A stretch of DNA of 47,650 nucleotides, from the NCBI GenBank assembly GCA_003427395.1, contig BFEA01000002.1:3846062-3893711 (forward strand), written 5' to 3'. Source of the DNA: Chara braunii (Eukaryota > Plantae > Charophyceae). The position numbers and the translations under genes were made by a program. Of this stretch, positions 1 through 12,433 are shown in pieces. Under the pieces are notes generated by a model. It did no database searches and was not told the DNA's origin. It saw only the letters and a program-made list of their open reading frames with translations. Numbering within the stretch: position 1 is the first letter of the stretch; each line of letters starts with the position of its first letter.

Positions 1-2791
1 CCATGACTTGTGAATTCCCAGCCTCACTCACCTTTCCCATGTCCGTGAAGTCGATGGAAATCGACTCGCCGGGTCCATCGGGAATGGGAAGAGGTTTCAG
101 TAGGCCATAAGGCTTATGCCTGTGAAACTTAATCCTTTGGCATACTTGACATTCAACAATAAATTTCTGAACAGATCCTTTCATTCCTGGCCAGTCAAAT
201 TGTTGCAGAAGACTTCCATAAGTCTTCTTAAAGCCAAAATGTCCACTCCCATCGTGCGCCAGATCGAAGAAGTAAGTTCGGAGAGGCGCATGGTTGGGTA
301 AACACAAACGGTCAAACTTTTCGTACCGGCGAAATACAAGACCCTCGCATTCATGAAAATTAGGCTGATTGTTGGGGTCAGCCTTGAGCTGCTCAAGGAT
401 GGGACTAAGGTCCGGATCCTTGGCAGTGTGCTCGACCAGATCCTCCTTCAGTTTCCTCCGGAGGTCGTACGAGTCCACGAGGCAAGTAAAATACTCGGGA
501 TGCCGCGACAGAGCATCAGCAACACGATTATAGTAGCCTTTCTGATGTTTTAGTTCCAAGTTGAAAACATCAATGTCATGCAGCCAGCGGGCAGAGTTGG
601 AGAAAGATTAGTTTGTGTCTTAATCCATTGCAAGGTTTGATGATCTCAATAGACCTTGAAGTAGCAACCCAAGAGCTGGTGCTTCCAATGCGTGAGCGCC
701 TCGCGCAAGGCGTAAAGCTCCCGCATGTATGTGGAAGTGGCTACCTTGTGGCTGCGCATGCGTTTGCTGTAATATTCAAGCGCAGACCATCGCCATCATC
801 TTGTTCCAGCACTGCACCAATCCCAAACTGGCTCGCGTCCGTAGTAACTACAAACGTGAGGTTAGGATCCGCAATGCGGAGCACAGGATGACTCACCGAA
901 GCCTCTTTCAATGCATGGAACGCAGTCTCACACTTTTCACTCCATGCATAAGCAACATTCTTACTAGTCAGGCGTGAGAGTGGGTAAGCAATGATAGAGA
1001 ACTTGGGCACAAACTTCCGGTAGTAAGAAGCCAAACCAAGAAAAGAGCGCAGCTCGCGTACATTCGCCGGTTGAGGCCAGTTGCGGATGACCTTAACCTT
1101 GGTTGCCTCCGACTCAAGACCGCTTGCAGACAACCGGTGCCCAAGGTAGATAACGCTGTCCCTGCCAATCTCAGATTTCTCCAAGTTGAGGTGCAGTTGA
1201 GCATCTTTGAGGACTTGCAAGACCTCCTCGAGATGCTTGACATGCTCCTCCATGGACTTGCTGAAAATCAGAATGTCATCAAGATACACAACCACAAACC
1301 TGTTAAGTTGGTGGCAGAGGACCTTGTCCATGAGGGACTGAAATGTGGCTGGTGCGTTCGTAAGACCGAAGGGCATAACGATGAATTCGTACAGCCCATC
1401 ACGTGTCTCGAACGCAGTTGTGTGCAGGTCGCTTGGATCAACTTCAATCTGGTGGGAGCTAGACTTGAGGTTGATCTTGGAGAAGACTTCGCATCCACCG
1501 GCCGCATCCAACAAATCATCTATACGAGGCAAAGGGTAGGCATTCTTCCTTGTGATTCGGTTCAAACCACGATAATCAATGCACATCCTGAGTTTGCCTC
1601 CTTTCTTCAGCACAAACAAAACAGGTGCGCCAAACTCAGACTCGCTAGGCCTAATCCATCCACTATCAATCATGTCATCAATTTGTCTCCGCAGCTCCTC
1701 CAACTCGCCTTGTCCCATACGGTAGACGCAACCCTTTGGAGGAACACTTCCCTCTATTATCTCGATTTTGTGCTTGACTGGACGCTCGGGAACTCCGCGG
1801 GGTTCAACCAATACCTCAGCAAATCGATCTAACAGATGACAAGTGTTCGCTGGGATTTCTCGTGGAGGATCATCCTCATCAGGGGAGAGAAAATCAGATT
1901 GGGAATTTACAGCAATTACAACCGGTTTCGAAATATTTGGTTCCACACTAGATCGATCATTTACAGCAGAAGTAGGTGGAACAGAAGTAGTAGTAGAGGT
2001 AGAGTTACCTTCAGACGTAGAAAATGCAGCAAAAGTAAAAGGCACATGGAAAGGTTTTACAATAACTATATGTACAGACCCAGCTTCCTTGCGCCTGCGC
2101 ACTGACCTGCAGAATTTGTTAGCACTTAGAAGAGTCACAGGGGAGTCGCGCGTCTCATCCAGTAAGACGGTACGCTCGTACCCCTTGGCATAAAGTACCA
2201 CGTACTGATTGCCCGCCCACGTGGTCCTTAGGCAATGAGCCTTTAGCCAGCCCAAACCTATGACCGCGTCGAAAGGACACTTGTCCAAGACAGAGAAATT
2301 CAGCTTGTGTGTGACAGTGCGGTCTTTGTCAAAGGTGATGCGCACACCTTCGACAGCATGAGTGGAAGTGACAACCTCTTGGTTGCCCACCTGAGTCCGG
2401 CAAGGGTTCTGCAATTCAACTTGCTTCATACCTAGACCCGCCTTACGAATCTCGTTCGGAGAGAAGAAGTTAGTGGTCTAACCACTGTCAAGCAGCACGC
2501 GGATGTATCGACGGTTAATGAGCAGTTTAAAGAAAGTCAGCTCCACGCTCCCTTGGACAGGACGTTGCTGCTTGAGCTGCAGCCAATGCTCCATGTGGGC
2601 GCTTTAGACTCCTCCCAAGGCTCAGTTTAAAACACTTGGACTGTCTCAGCCTTGGAATCAGCGTTAGTTTGGGCTTCAAGAGCACGCTGCTGATCAGATC
2701 CAGGCTTCTCGGCGGGGCCTGCACCTGACTGCTCAGCTTCTCTTGTTGTAAAGAGTGTTGATGTCTCCTCTACGCCCCTTGCCTGTTTCCC
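1..2791 (-). pseudogene. pol: Gypsy pol (protease, reverse transcriptase, RNase H, integrase N-part) with stops and frameshifts
   Basis: ORF 741..2429 has the RT and RH motifs. Protease motif LLDSG at ~2481-2495 is followed by an in-frame TAG at 2478-2480. Integrase-like peptide lies at 1-120. Confidence 0.93.
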
Positions 2792-4338
2792 TGAAGACGA
2801 TAGCAATCCTGCACAGCATGCCCAGGCTTTGAACAATGCAAGCATACGCGCAGTGTGGACCTTTCCCATTCTTTTTGGCTAATGCGGAGGGCTTCCCAAG
2901 GCTTGGTAGAAGCATCCTCCGGTTTCTCAAGGATCTTAGCACTTTTGGGAAGGTGTAAGACAATTCCCTTACCTGAACCTCGGTTAGGCCCCTTGTTTGA
3001 AGCAGTCTTTCTAATTGCATTAAGTTTTTCATCATCATTTCGGTCACACTCAATGGTTGATGTGGAACAGCCCGTATCAGAGTCCAGCTCTAGATCGTTA
3101 TCTAGAGGCAGATCATCCGCATAGGACTAATCGTCAGCCTCCCGATGATCATGCAGTGCAAGCTGGTTGCTGCCTCCAAACCGCTTGCGTTGTGGTTTCC
3201 CACCTGCAGCGGGCGCCTTCTTACGCCTAGCGAGGTCCTTGGCCTCTAGATCGACTACGTCCTTCATGAGCTTTCACTAGGTAGCATGGTCCTTGAGTGC
3301 TAGTAGGGAGAGGTATTCTTTAGGAGGCACTCCCATCATGACTACATCCATGCAAGACACGTCACTCATTCCTAGATCCGAACTGGTGAATAGACCAATC
3401 AGGTGTTGTTTCAAAGCCTGCATGGATGACCTCCATTTTTGGCCCTTGAGGGCCTCAAGCTTCAGTCTAGCCTCGAGCGCAGCATGTTAATCCTGACACC
3501 GATCAAGGAGAAGAACCTCAAGGGTGCGAACACGGGTGACCTTCAGCCAATCAGTCAGGTTTATGCGTGCAGCAACAGCTTGGAGCTCAATGTGGTTTCG
3601 TATGGTAGGCTCGGTATTAATTCCCATGATCATACTTCGGTCCTCTTGCGGTGTCCGCATGACCTCGAAGAATGACCGCATGGAACTAATCCAAGAGGTG
3701 TTGTCAGCCTTCCCGTCGTACTTGGACTGCAGCGTGGCCGCCCGCTTGTCCACCATTGCTGTACTGAACGCCAATAAGAACTGTGCCGTTTTGGACCGAA
3801 TTCCCTGCATTTGGGACTGCGATCAGTGCATAACTACCGGTGCTGCCGCTTGAGGAGCTTGCTCCGGTTCCTGCACTTACCGCAATTCCGCTGGCCGTTA
3901 GAACGAGGTTTGTGTTGGGCTGAGCGACTGGGATTACAGCAGATCGAGGGTTAGGAGGGCGGGAGGCAGACAACTGGGACTGTTCAAGGCTAATTACCTT
4001 AGCCTGGAGGCAGACAACTGGGACTGTTCAAGGCTAATTACCTTAGCCTGCAGATCTTCATTCCGCTGCTCAAGTGCTGTCATACGAGTCTCAAAGTCTT
4101 CCAAGGTCCGCAGTCGGACCAAGGCTGCTACAGCAGCAGCTAATTCCTCCCGGAACCGGTCAGCTTCCGGAATCCGGAGGAGGGTCACCTGATCAGCAAT
4201 GACGGCGGCTCTAGCTGCTGCAGCTACCTCCCTTTCTCTCTGCACGGCATCATCATACAGTTTTTAAAAGAATGGTTTCTGGCTCTCGTCCGCTGTATCC
4301 AACATGGCCTGCCATTGGGCAGATGTGATGTTCGCCAT
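2770..4338 (-). pseudogene. gag: Gypsy gag, disrupted
   Basis: ATG at 4338 (MANITSAQWQAML...), coiled-coil region, and zinc knuckle CLHCSKPGHAVQDC at ~2803-2844. Stop at 2770-2772. A 44-bp tandem duplication (3962-4005/4006-4049) shifts the frame. Confidence 0.85.
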
Positions 4339-4730
4339 GCCGGAGGAAGGGGTGTCANTAGAACTCTCAAGAGGGGTCCGCTCTCTCCTGACGTTTGGAC
4401 GAACACTCCTCTTGCCCCTTCTCACACTCTCAAACAGCACACCTTCTCTCTCCCTTTCCTCTCTTTTCACTGTCTGCGCACGCGTCTCGATATCGGACAT
4501 AGATAATTCAGATAGAAGAAACAAACAGGAAACCACTAAAAGAAGAAGGTAGAACTCCTGGCCGCGGCGAATCATTTGGACTGAGCACGTGGCACGCAGC
4601 AGAAGAATAAAATAAAAATAAATAAAACAAAACAGCAGAGGTCTTATTTATAGAACAGGCCTGATCAGTTCAGCTGGAGGTGCCCTCTTGTCTAACCTGA
4701 AAGGGAAAATTTCAACACAATAAAACAAAG

Positions 4731-4762
<32 letters not shown>

Positions 4763-5960
4763 AGCAAATAGGTCTTATTTATAGAATGGGCCTGATCAGT
4801 TCAGCTGGAGATCCCCTCTTTTCTAACCTGACAGGGGAAATGTCAACACAATAAATCAGATGAAGAGACTAATCTACAGCAATGGAGATTTCGAGGGGTG
4901 CAGATGGTCGCCGAATCAGACGCGAGGCGGTATGTGCTAACCTGCGGTAAGGCCAGTCAAAATCCCTTTGAAAGGAATGCCCTTGCTGTCCGTGTGTCCC
5001 CCCAGATGCAGCACAACAAAAAATGCACTGACGGCAACAAATTTGGGCCCAAAAGGTCTTGTCCCGTTGGGCCTGGTCCCACTGGGTCCCGAGTGGTCCC
5101 AAGTAGGCCGTGGACCAGGACCAACGTGATAAGGGTACCAAGTCGGTCCCAAACTGCCTCTACTGTGCTGAAAAGGAAAAGACAACTTTCAGCAAGAACT
5201 CACTTCTACAGCCGTTCAGAAAAGAAAAGACAATCCACCGTAGAAAGATATGTCATTTAGAGTGGATACATCATCCATCCATCCATCAGGTGAGAAAGCA
5301 ATCCACAAGCTCACACAGACAACCAAGACCGCAGAGAAGAGGAAGAGAACCCAGCACACCCCCAACAGGCCATGAAGCACCAAGCAACCTCCCACGGGCT
5401 TTCCCCGTTCACACGGCACTTACCTGTGAGACCCGGCCTCCAAAGATGGATAACAAGTCACTCCCCTCTCATATAAGTCCTCCTGACCCCTAGCTACCAC
5501 TACACGAAGTGTCCTAGCATGACTAAGAGGGCCTTCCTTCCTACACCCTTATTGCAAAGCCGGATCCCCCGTCGATGCCTGAAGAACAAAGTAGCAACTT
5601 GCAGCAATCCGATGCAGTTATGGCAGCCTCCGATCAAGTCTCCCTCTTGAGGGAAAGCCGAAAAGTCACTCAATGTCTTCCTGAAGTCCAGAATCCAGAA
5701 GCGAGTACCTCTCCCTCTCTACTCCCTCTCTCTTACTCCAATCAGCCTCCTTTGTGTCTCGCCACCCCATACATTCACTCAAGCAACCTGGTTGTGTCCA
5801 ATGTCGACCCTACATGACCTAACCAGGTGGGGGCAGCATCCCCATACCTCGCTGCCCCACTTAACCCTAACTTCCCAACCCTAATCCGAAATTAGGTCAG
5901 CCCTAACCTAATTCGGAATTAGGGTTAGGGTGGTTAACACCTCTCGCCAGCAAGTAAGTC

Positions 5961-5973
5961 CGCTCCGATACCA
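5961..5973 (-). promoter_or_regulatory. Primer-binding site (tRNA-iMet type)
   Basis: Minus strand reads ...TAACA-AT-TGGTATCGGAGCG, one mismatch from the canonical TGGTATCAGAGC, 2 nt after the LTR-terminal CA. Confidence 0.9.
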
Positions 5974-5975
5974 AT

Positions 5976-7699
5976 TGTTACGAACCTGGTCATTTCCCAA
6001 GTGCAAATTCACAATGAAAGACAATGCCATCCAATTGCGAAAGAAATGAAAGCACTTGCAAAGAGATAAAGACCAGAGGATAGGTAAAGAAGAAGTACAC
6101 CAGCAAGACCAATGACAATTCCCCCTTCACTCTCCACCTTCCTCCTTCCTCCTCTTCACCAATCTTATTCTTCTCTCAATAATAATAATAACAATGAATG
6201 AATGAGCCAGAATCAATGTCCGAAGTTCCCCCCTTACTGCTGACTCAACTCACAACCAAACAACAACAACAACAAGTCCACCATGGCTATGTCTTCCTTC
6301 CTTCAACCTCCTCTCTCAAGCATAGGTCATGGCGAACTACTGGAAGGCAGCTATGATGTTGCCCTGACGCCCGAAAGACAACCCAAAGCAGCTATGTCGC
6401 TGCTTGACTCGGTCCGCTATGCCTGACCCTACCTCTAGCTGCCCTGGTACAGCCTTACCCCAACCGGGGCCTTCCAGATGCAGCGCGCAACAAGGTGATG
6501 AAGACGGTGTCCACCATAGCCATGCAGCACCCAACAAGGTGATGCAGACGGTGTCCACCATAGCCAGGTAAGTGCCCTACCACTCTCCTACCATATCCCC
6601 CTTCTTCCTCCTTCAAGCTGGGATGCTCGCCATAGCCAGGCTGAGCCCCAGCAGACCTTCACCTCCAAGCAGCGCTGCCTCAGACCAGCGTTGCGCTCCA
6701 GCAGCATGTCGCCAATCCTTGCATACCGCAAATGAGGAAGAGCTCACCGCTCTTCCTGAAGATATAGCGGCCTACCGGTCTCCTGGGCGGTGACTTCCTA
6801 GGCCAAGCGGCCTCCCAGCAACCGGTACCTCCTCCCTTTTGGAGGGAAACATCATTGCAGGCTCTGTTATTGTCCGCACAGGTCCTAGCCCCGGCCTACT
6901 TGGACTGGTACCGGCCTACCTCTAACCTACCACTACTGGGCCTCTAAAAATGCCAACTTTTTGTCTTCTTCTGCTCTGCCTACCTGCTAGTTGAGTGTTT
7001 TTCCCCAGCTGCTCTAAATGCCGTGGGCCTACTCCCCGCTACCGGCATGTTCACCCCCCTGCAACCCCCCAAAGTCACGGCCACAGGTAAGTACCGGCCC
7101 GGTGGGCCTCGCAACCAACAAGTACCCTGGCGGTTACACACATACCCAACCAGCAAGCACTCAGACAGGCATTCAACCCAGCAGGCACGCACACACACAC
7201 ATCCGGCAAGCACTCAGACAGGCATGCAAACCAGCAGGCACGCACACACACAGTCTTGGGACCATAGCAGAATGCTGGAATCACAGCAAGGTATTCATTC
7301 CATTGGCAAATCCCAGCAATCAGCAATGTTCTCAGTCTGTGTTTTGGGTGGTTCATTACAAGAGGAAAAAGAAGGACAACATGGAAGAAGTAAAGGAAAA
7401 ATGAAGAAGATGTATACAATGAAGAAGAAGAAGAAGAAGAAAAAAAGTGGAGGCCATCGAACAAGTAGAAGAAGAGGAAAGTTTCAAGGACAAAAACCGA
7501 ACAAGAAGAGGAATATTGTCCCGTCTATAGCGATATCGACCACCCATTATCTTCACCGTTATGTTGCGGTGAAGCCCGTGCCGGAACGTGGCTCCTTCGG
7601 TTATTTATTTGCTGCTCGACCATGCTTCGGGTCTGGTCGAATCATTGTTTACGTCGTTATCTACGAACCTCCTCTGTTGCCTGTTTAGGGTTTGTGACA
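5976..7699 (-). repeat. 5' LTR of the Gypsy element (~1.72 kb)
   Basis: Inner end is fixed by the PBS. Outer end is inferred from the imperfect terminal inverted repeat TGTTACGAACC (5976) / GGTTTGTGACA (7699). The partner LTR is not in the window, so no TSD check is possible. Confidence 0.65.
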
Positions 7700-7745
7700 T
7701 AACTATGTTTGCGCGGTTTCAGGACTGGACTCGACCTGACAAGTC

Positions 7746-7975
7746 GGAATCCACCGTTCCATCTAAGCGACGAGTAACCCACGGGGGGGATTGACAGGTA
7801 CAAAAAAGGTACAAGAGGGATCTAATCCGCCGTTCCATCTAAGCGATAGGTAACCCACGGGGTGGATTGGGGGGTACAAAAAAGGTACAAGAGGAATATA
7901 ATCCGCCGTTCCATCTAAGCGATGGGTAACCCACGGGGGGGATTGGGGGGTACAAAAAAGATACGAGAGGGGGGG
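7746..7975. repeat. 76-bp tandem repeat, ~3 copies
   Basis: CCGTTCCATCTAAGCGA recurs at 7754, 7830 and 7906. Confidence 0.9.
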
Positions 7976-8782
7976 TCTAAAGGGCACAATCTTTTCTTTT
8001 TTTAAAAGGGTGATGGCCTTTAGATGCTATTATCATTGGACTAACCACCCCAGTTCAATTCCATCTTTTGTGTCTAATCTGACACCGACCGGGTGGCCTT
8101 TTCAGCCCAGGGTGGCCTTTATTTATTTATTGCCTTCAGGGACACCCCAATGAGGGACCCCGGCAATTCCCGTCTTCTTTTTTTATTTTATTTGTCTCAA
8201 AAATTATTCAGGAACTTTCGAGGCAAAACCCTCGGCCAAAAGTTGTTTGTATTCCAATCGTCCTCTTCTTTCCCGGATGTTTTTTTTTTTTTCCCCACCT
8301 TTTTTAGTTCTTTCATATTCTGCCCTGGGACTGCCCTGGGACCCTGCACGGACCCTGCCCAGACAGGCCCGCGCAGGCAGGTACCTGGGCAGGACCACCC
8401 CGGGACCAGCACTGCAATACACTCGTCCACATTTCTTATTCCTTAGCAAATCAAAACGATCCATGAGAGCCAAACAACCTCGATCTATCCCCAAAACCAA
8501 GGGGAGCAATCAACCATACACATCTGCATCTCCCAACGACGGGCGTCATCATTTGCGTTCGGGAGTAGCAGACCTGTCCGACCACCTCCCTCTACAAGTT
8601 CTCCGCTCAATCGCCAACATGGACAGGCGCCCTGTTTGTTCCGAGTTTCCATGCAACAGATCAAGTCCCAGAAAACCAGAACTTTATCCCCTAAATGAAT
8701 TGAGACAGTATTCCCAGCGTGAACTCCAGTTCTCTTCCACTTTTCCACGCGGAGGGGCTCACAGACAAACAAGAGAGTGAAT

Positions 8783-8799
8783 AGACACGCACACGCACA

Positions 8800-8855
<56 letters not shown>
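8783..8855. repeat. Compound (CA)n(GA)n microsatellite
   Basis: Direct reading. Confidence 0.95.
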
Positions 8856-8857
<2 letters not shown>

Positions 8858-10099
8858 CAGAGAGGGAGATGCCTTACTCAGGGTTGCGGAATCCATTCGA
8901 TTGCCACCAGAGAAGTGACAAGCACCCTATTCAATTCATCTAATGGCAACCATTCTTTACAATGGCACAGAAGACTGCAATACCTCTCATAGGGCCATCA
9001 ATGCATGTAATGCGAGACGATGCAAAGGACTCCTGAACACAGAAACAAAAACTAATTAAAAAAAACATAGGAGACCCACACAAGTTTATCGTCCCAGGCA
9101 GCAAAAGTGGGACTTGAACCTGCGACTTCTAAACAGGGGATCCTCACATGGCCAACAAGAACCTGACACACGCTTGCTTTCATCCTCCTAAAAACCACCT
9201 AGAAATCTTAAAGACGAGGGAAGGAGGAAATCAGCAGCTGAAGGAGAGACATCAACAGTGCATACACTCATGCTCCATTAAAGTCCCAACGAAAACCCCA
9301 CCCAAACTGCAGCCAGAGCCAAATACCCACGACGATCATGAAAAAGGCTGACATTGAAAAAAAAATACAAAACAAAAAAAAAGAGGCCGACAATATCAAT
9401 CATGGTTTCATCAAATGACAATTTCGGTTCAATCAAATTGAATGAAATGAAACTTGAAAAAGAAAAAAAGACTGGCACGACCAGCTAAAGAACCCCAAAT
9501 TAGTGATGAAATGGAACCTTCCTGTTCGGCACAGCCACCATCGCCATCAGGAAAACCCAACATGTCTCTCAGAGATTAAGAGAAAAAAAAGTTACTGTTT
9601 CCCAGTCTCAGGTACAAGGAAATCAATCACCGATTCAAAAGAGGTACGAACAACAAAGAATGCCCAACAGACCACCAAAAGAACTGCACTGTCGACTCCA
9701 ATCCTGCCCACTGTTCTCCATTCATCCTGAAGACCGCAGCAGCGCCGCATATGCAGCAACCACAAATCCACAGGCAAATATCTTCAATCTATTAACTCGG
9801 GCTAACTTATCCCCCGCAGGCCTTCAAGCCGCCGATCCACCTCCCGCTTCCAACTGGCTAAGCCAGCCCATTTATGCCAACGTCATTTCTTGTCATAATT
9901 CGTCCGGAACAACGATGTCTTTCTTGTCATAATCTTGTCATAATTCGTCCGGAACAACGATGTCTTTCTTGTCATAATCCGTCCGGTCGCACACACTTGA
10001 GGCCTGCTGGCATGTCGCGTTCCACACTCGACACGCTTTCGAAGAAACTCATGTCCATGGTGTTGAAGTTTCAAACAACCAGTAATGCACACCATAACA

Positions 10100-10920
10100 A
10101 TCTGGCAATTCACATCCATTAACCGAGTCCCCCCACCAATCCTGACCAAGGTGGGGAATGTGTCAGCTTCACGATTAAGCTATCATCACTGCGGGATTCC
10201 AAACCTCCGCCACACAGGTCCCGTCCGCTCATCTTCTTGCCAATGATCTATTGTTCCTCCAACCTACCTCCAGCTATTATCAGGGCATTCACGGACTGTA
10301 GGAATTGCGCCTTCACCATACACCAGCACATCAATCCGTGCAAAAAGGCAATTCCCAGCACTTGCACACTTCCAGGTTCAAGCCCTTTACCTGCTTCCAC
10401 ATGTCACACAGCCACACCCCCCGTTGCTCGTGTGTAATTATCTACTAAACTTTCCCAAACCACCTGCGACAGTCAGCAGAGATACTCAGTGAGGACACAG
10501 GAGGAGGGGCAACAGACCTACGGACAAATCCCTCAGCGCTGCATAATCAGCCAGCGAGGGGCAACAGACCCTTCCACCAGAGGCCGCCGGGCCAACCCCC
10601 GACCCGGACAATTGTCCTTCATAATGCCCACCTAGCTCCGGCATGTGCATATTGCCCTTTCCTCTTGAGGTCACAACTGCATCCAAAAACGATGTTCTTG
10701 AGATATTTCCAAGCCAATGCCTGGCGTCCTCCAGGACGAGATGACATTGAAGTACAAGCGCCAGAATCGTGTTCATTCTCCAAGCATCCACACACAGCCT
10801 TCACTCTTGCCTCTACTTCTCCGACGAACGAGGACAATTTCCAGACTACATTCCACATTTCAAAACCCTCGCACAGCCTCCCGACAAAAGTGTGCGGCCA
10901 GGAATGGGCCTAGTCCCCTC
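10100..10920 (-). mobile_element. Possible highly eroded RLE-type (CRE-like) non-LTR reverse transcriptase remnant
   Basis: Scattered peptides GTRPI, GEVEARVKAVCGCLE, YLKNIVF and LVRIGGG loosely resemble, in the expected order, CRE-clade RT motifs. No intact YxDD was seen. Confidence 0.3.
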
Positions 10921-12433
10921 TTCACGCTGTAAATGCCACATGCATCCCCTCACACAAACCCCTCCGTTCTATGAACAACCCTTGGCATCTCACCGTTGGC
11001 AAGAGCATACGCCGTGCAAGATCTCCATAACGATTCTCCACCAAATATCCAGAAGGTCTTTAAAAAATGTTTCGATTGCATAATGCATGTTAAAAGAAAC
11101 AAAATGAACGCTCTAGTACACCCCACGTTTACGTTCCCTTCCTCCAAGACGAGCTCCAAGTGTCAAAAGGGACATCCCCTTCATCCTCCCCACCGTGCAG
11201 CTCAGACTCCCTCTTTCACCACCCTTCATTCACCGCCCAGGCCGCTGAAGGAGAGCGACTAACCCTTCACTGTACTCGAAGACTGTTGATGATCCGCGGT
11301 CGACATCCGTAGACACCACCAGCGTAATCGCCGTGAAAACGTACAAGGAGTGCAAACCGGATGGACTAAGGTTAGGATGAGACACTCGCTTTCATCTCCC
11401 TTTCATCCGCCCCCATGGAGGAGTGGGGGGGCTGCTTCCTGCCACTTCACAGATCCACATGCACGCCACGTTCGTTCCACGCCTCTCCCATAAAGAATAA
11501 CATTTCCTGGAAGCTTATCCCATTTCGCTGGTAGAAACACTTCGCCTCCCAATCGAGGAGGCAACTGCATCCGAACACTCTGCCTGCAGATGAAATGGAC
11601 TGCTGCTTAGCAGGCCAAGTAAAGGAGTTCCGCCCACGTTGGTCGGGACAGGAATTAACCCACAGTGGGAGAAGTACCTGTGTGTCACTCATTGCTAGGC
11701 AGTCCGTAAAATCCAGAAAGCAGAACAAATGACGCGGCCATAGCAAGGGTGCGGGCCCCCACAATTTCTTACGCATCATCATGGGTGGTAGTTTTAGGAA
11801 GAAGAAAAAGAAAAAGTTTTAAGGAAAAAGAAATGAGAAAAAAACAGACCATATCAGAATTCTCAACAGAGGCAAGCGTCCGTGCAGTTCATCCGGTTGA
11901 ACAAGAAATATTTCCACTTGCAAATTCTGGATACCAAACCCACTTCGGAAACACACCGCAAACACACAAGAGTATCTTTTCAGAACAGGAGGCTGTACGA
12001 AACAATACTTCTCAGATTTTAGAATCGAGATTTGCACATTGCAACACCCTCTTCTCCCCCCCCTCCCCCCACCCCAACCCAACCCAACCCCCCACACATC
12101 ACAGGCCCGCCAACCAAAAATCTCACGAGTCTAGACACCATCTAAAGCATTGTCATTGCAAAATCAGAGCTCAGTTGACGATGGCTGTCTACCGTTCCCA
12201 AACTATTCACAAGCACTTGGTCACTTCACCATGTGCCACTTCGTCACGCACAGTCTACTACCCTGCACGAAGTAAAGAATTGCAATCGGAGAAATCACAG
12301 GGTCGGAGATAACTTACCTCCTCAATTCATTGGCTCTCAGCTTTCGAATTGCAGGATCCACAGGGTCGGAGATAGCTCACCTCCTCGCCGCATGGTCGCG
12401 GCAGGTAGGGTGATCGATTGTTTAAGGAATTGC

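Larger units (their letters stand above)
1..7699 (-). mobile_element. Ty3/Gypsy LTR retrotransposon, decayed; 3' part runs off the left edge of the window
   Basis: Minus-strand order is LTR, PBS, gag (CCHC), protease (VLLDSG), RT (LRMCIDYRGLN, MPFGLTNAP, YLDD), RNase H (TTDASQFGIGAVL), integrase start (GLLKPLPIPDGPGESISIDF). RT-RH-IN order defines Gypsy. Confidence 0.95.

Noticed and set aside
9095-9165. tRNA gene suggested by a minus-strand B-box (GGTTCAAGTCCC)
   Set aside because: No convincing A-box or cloverleaf. At most a very old SINE remnant.
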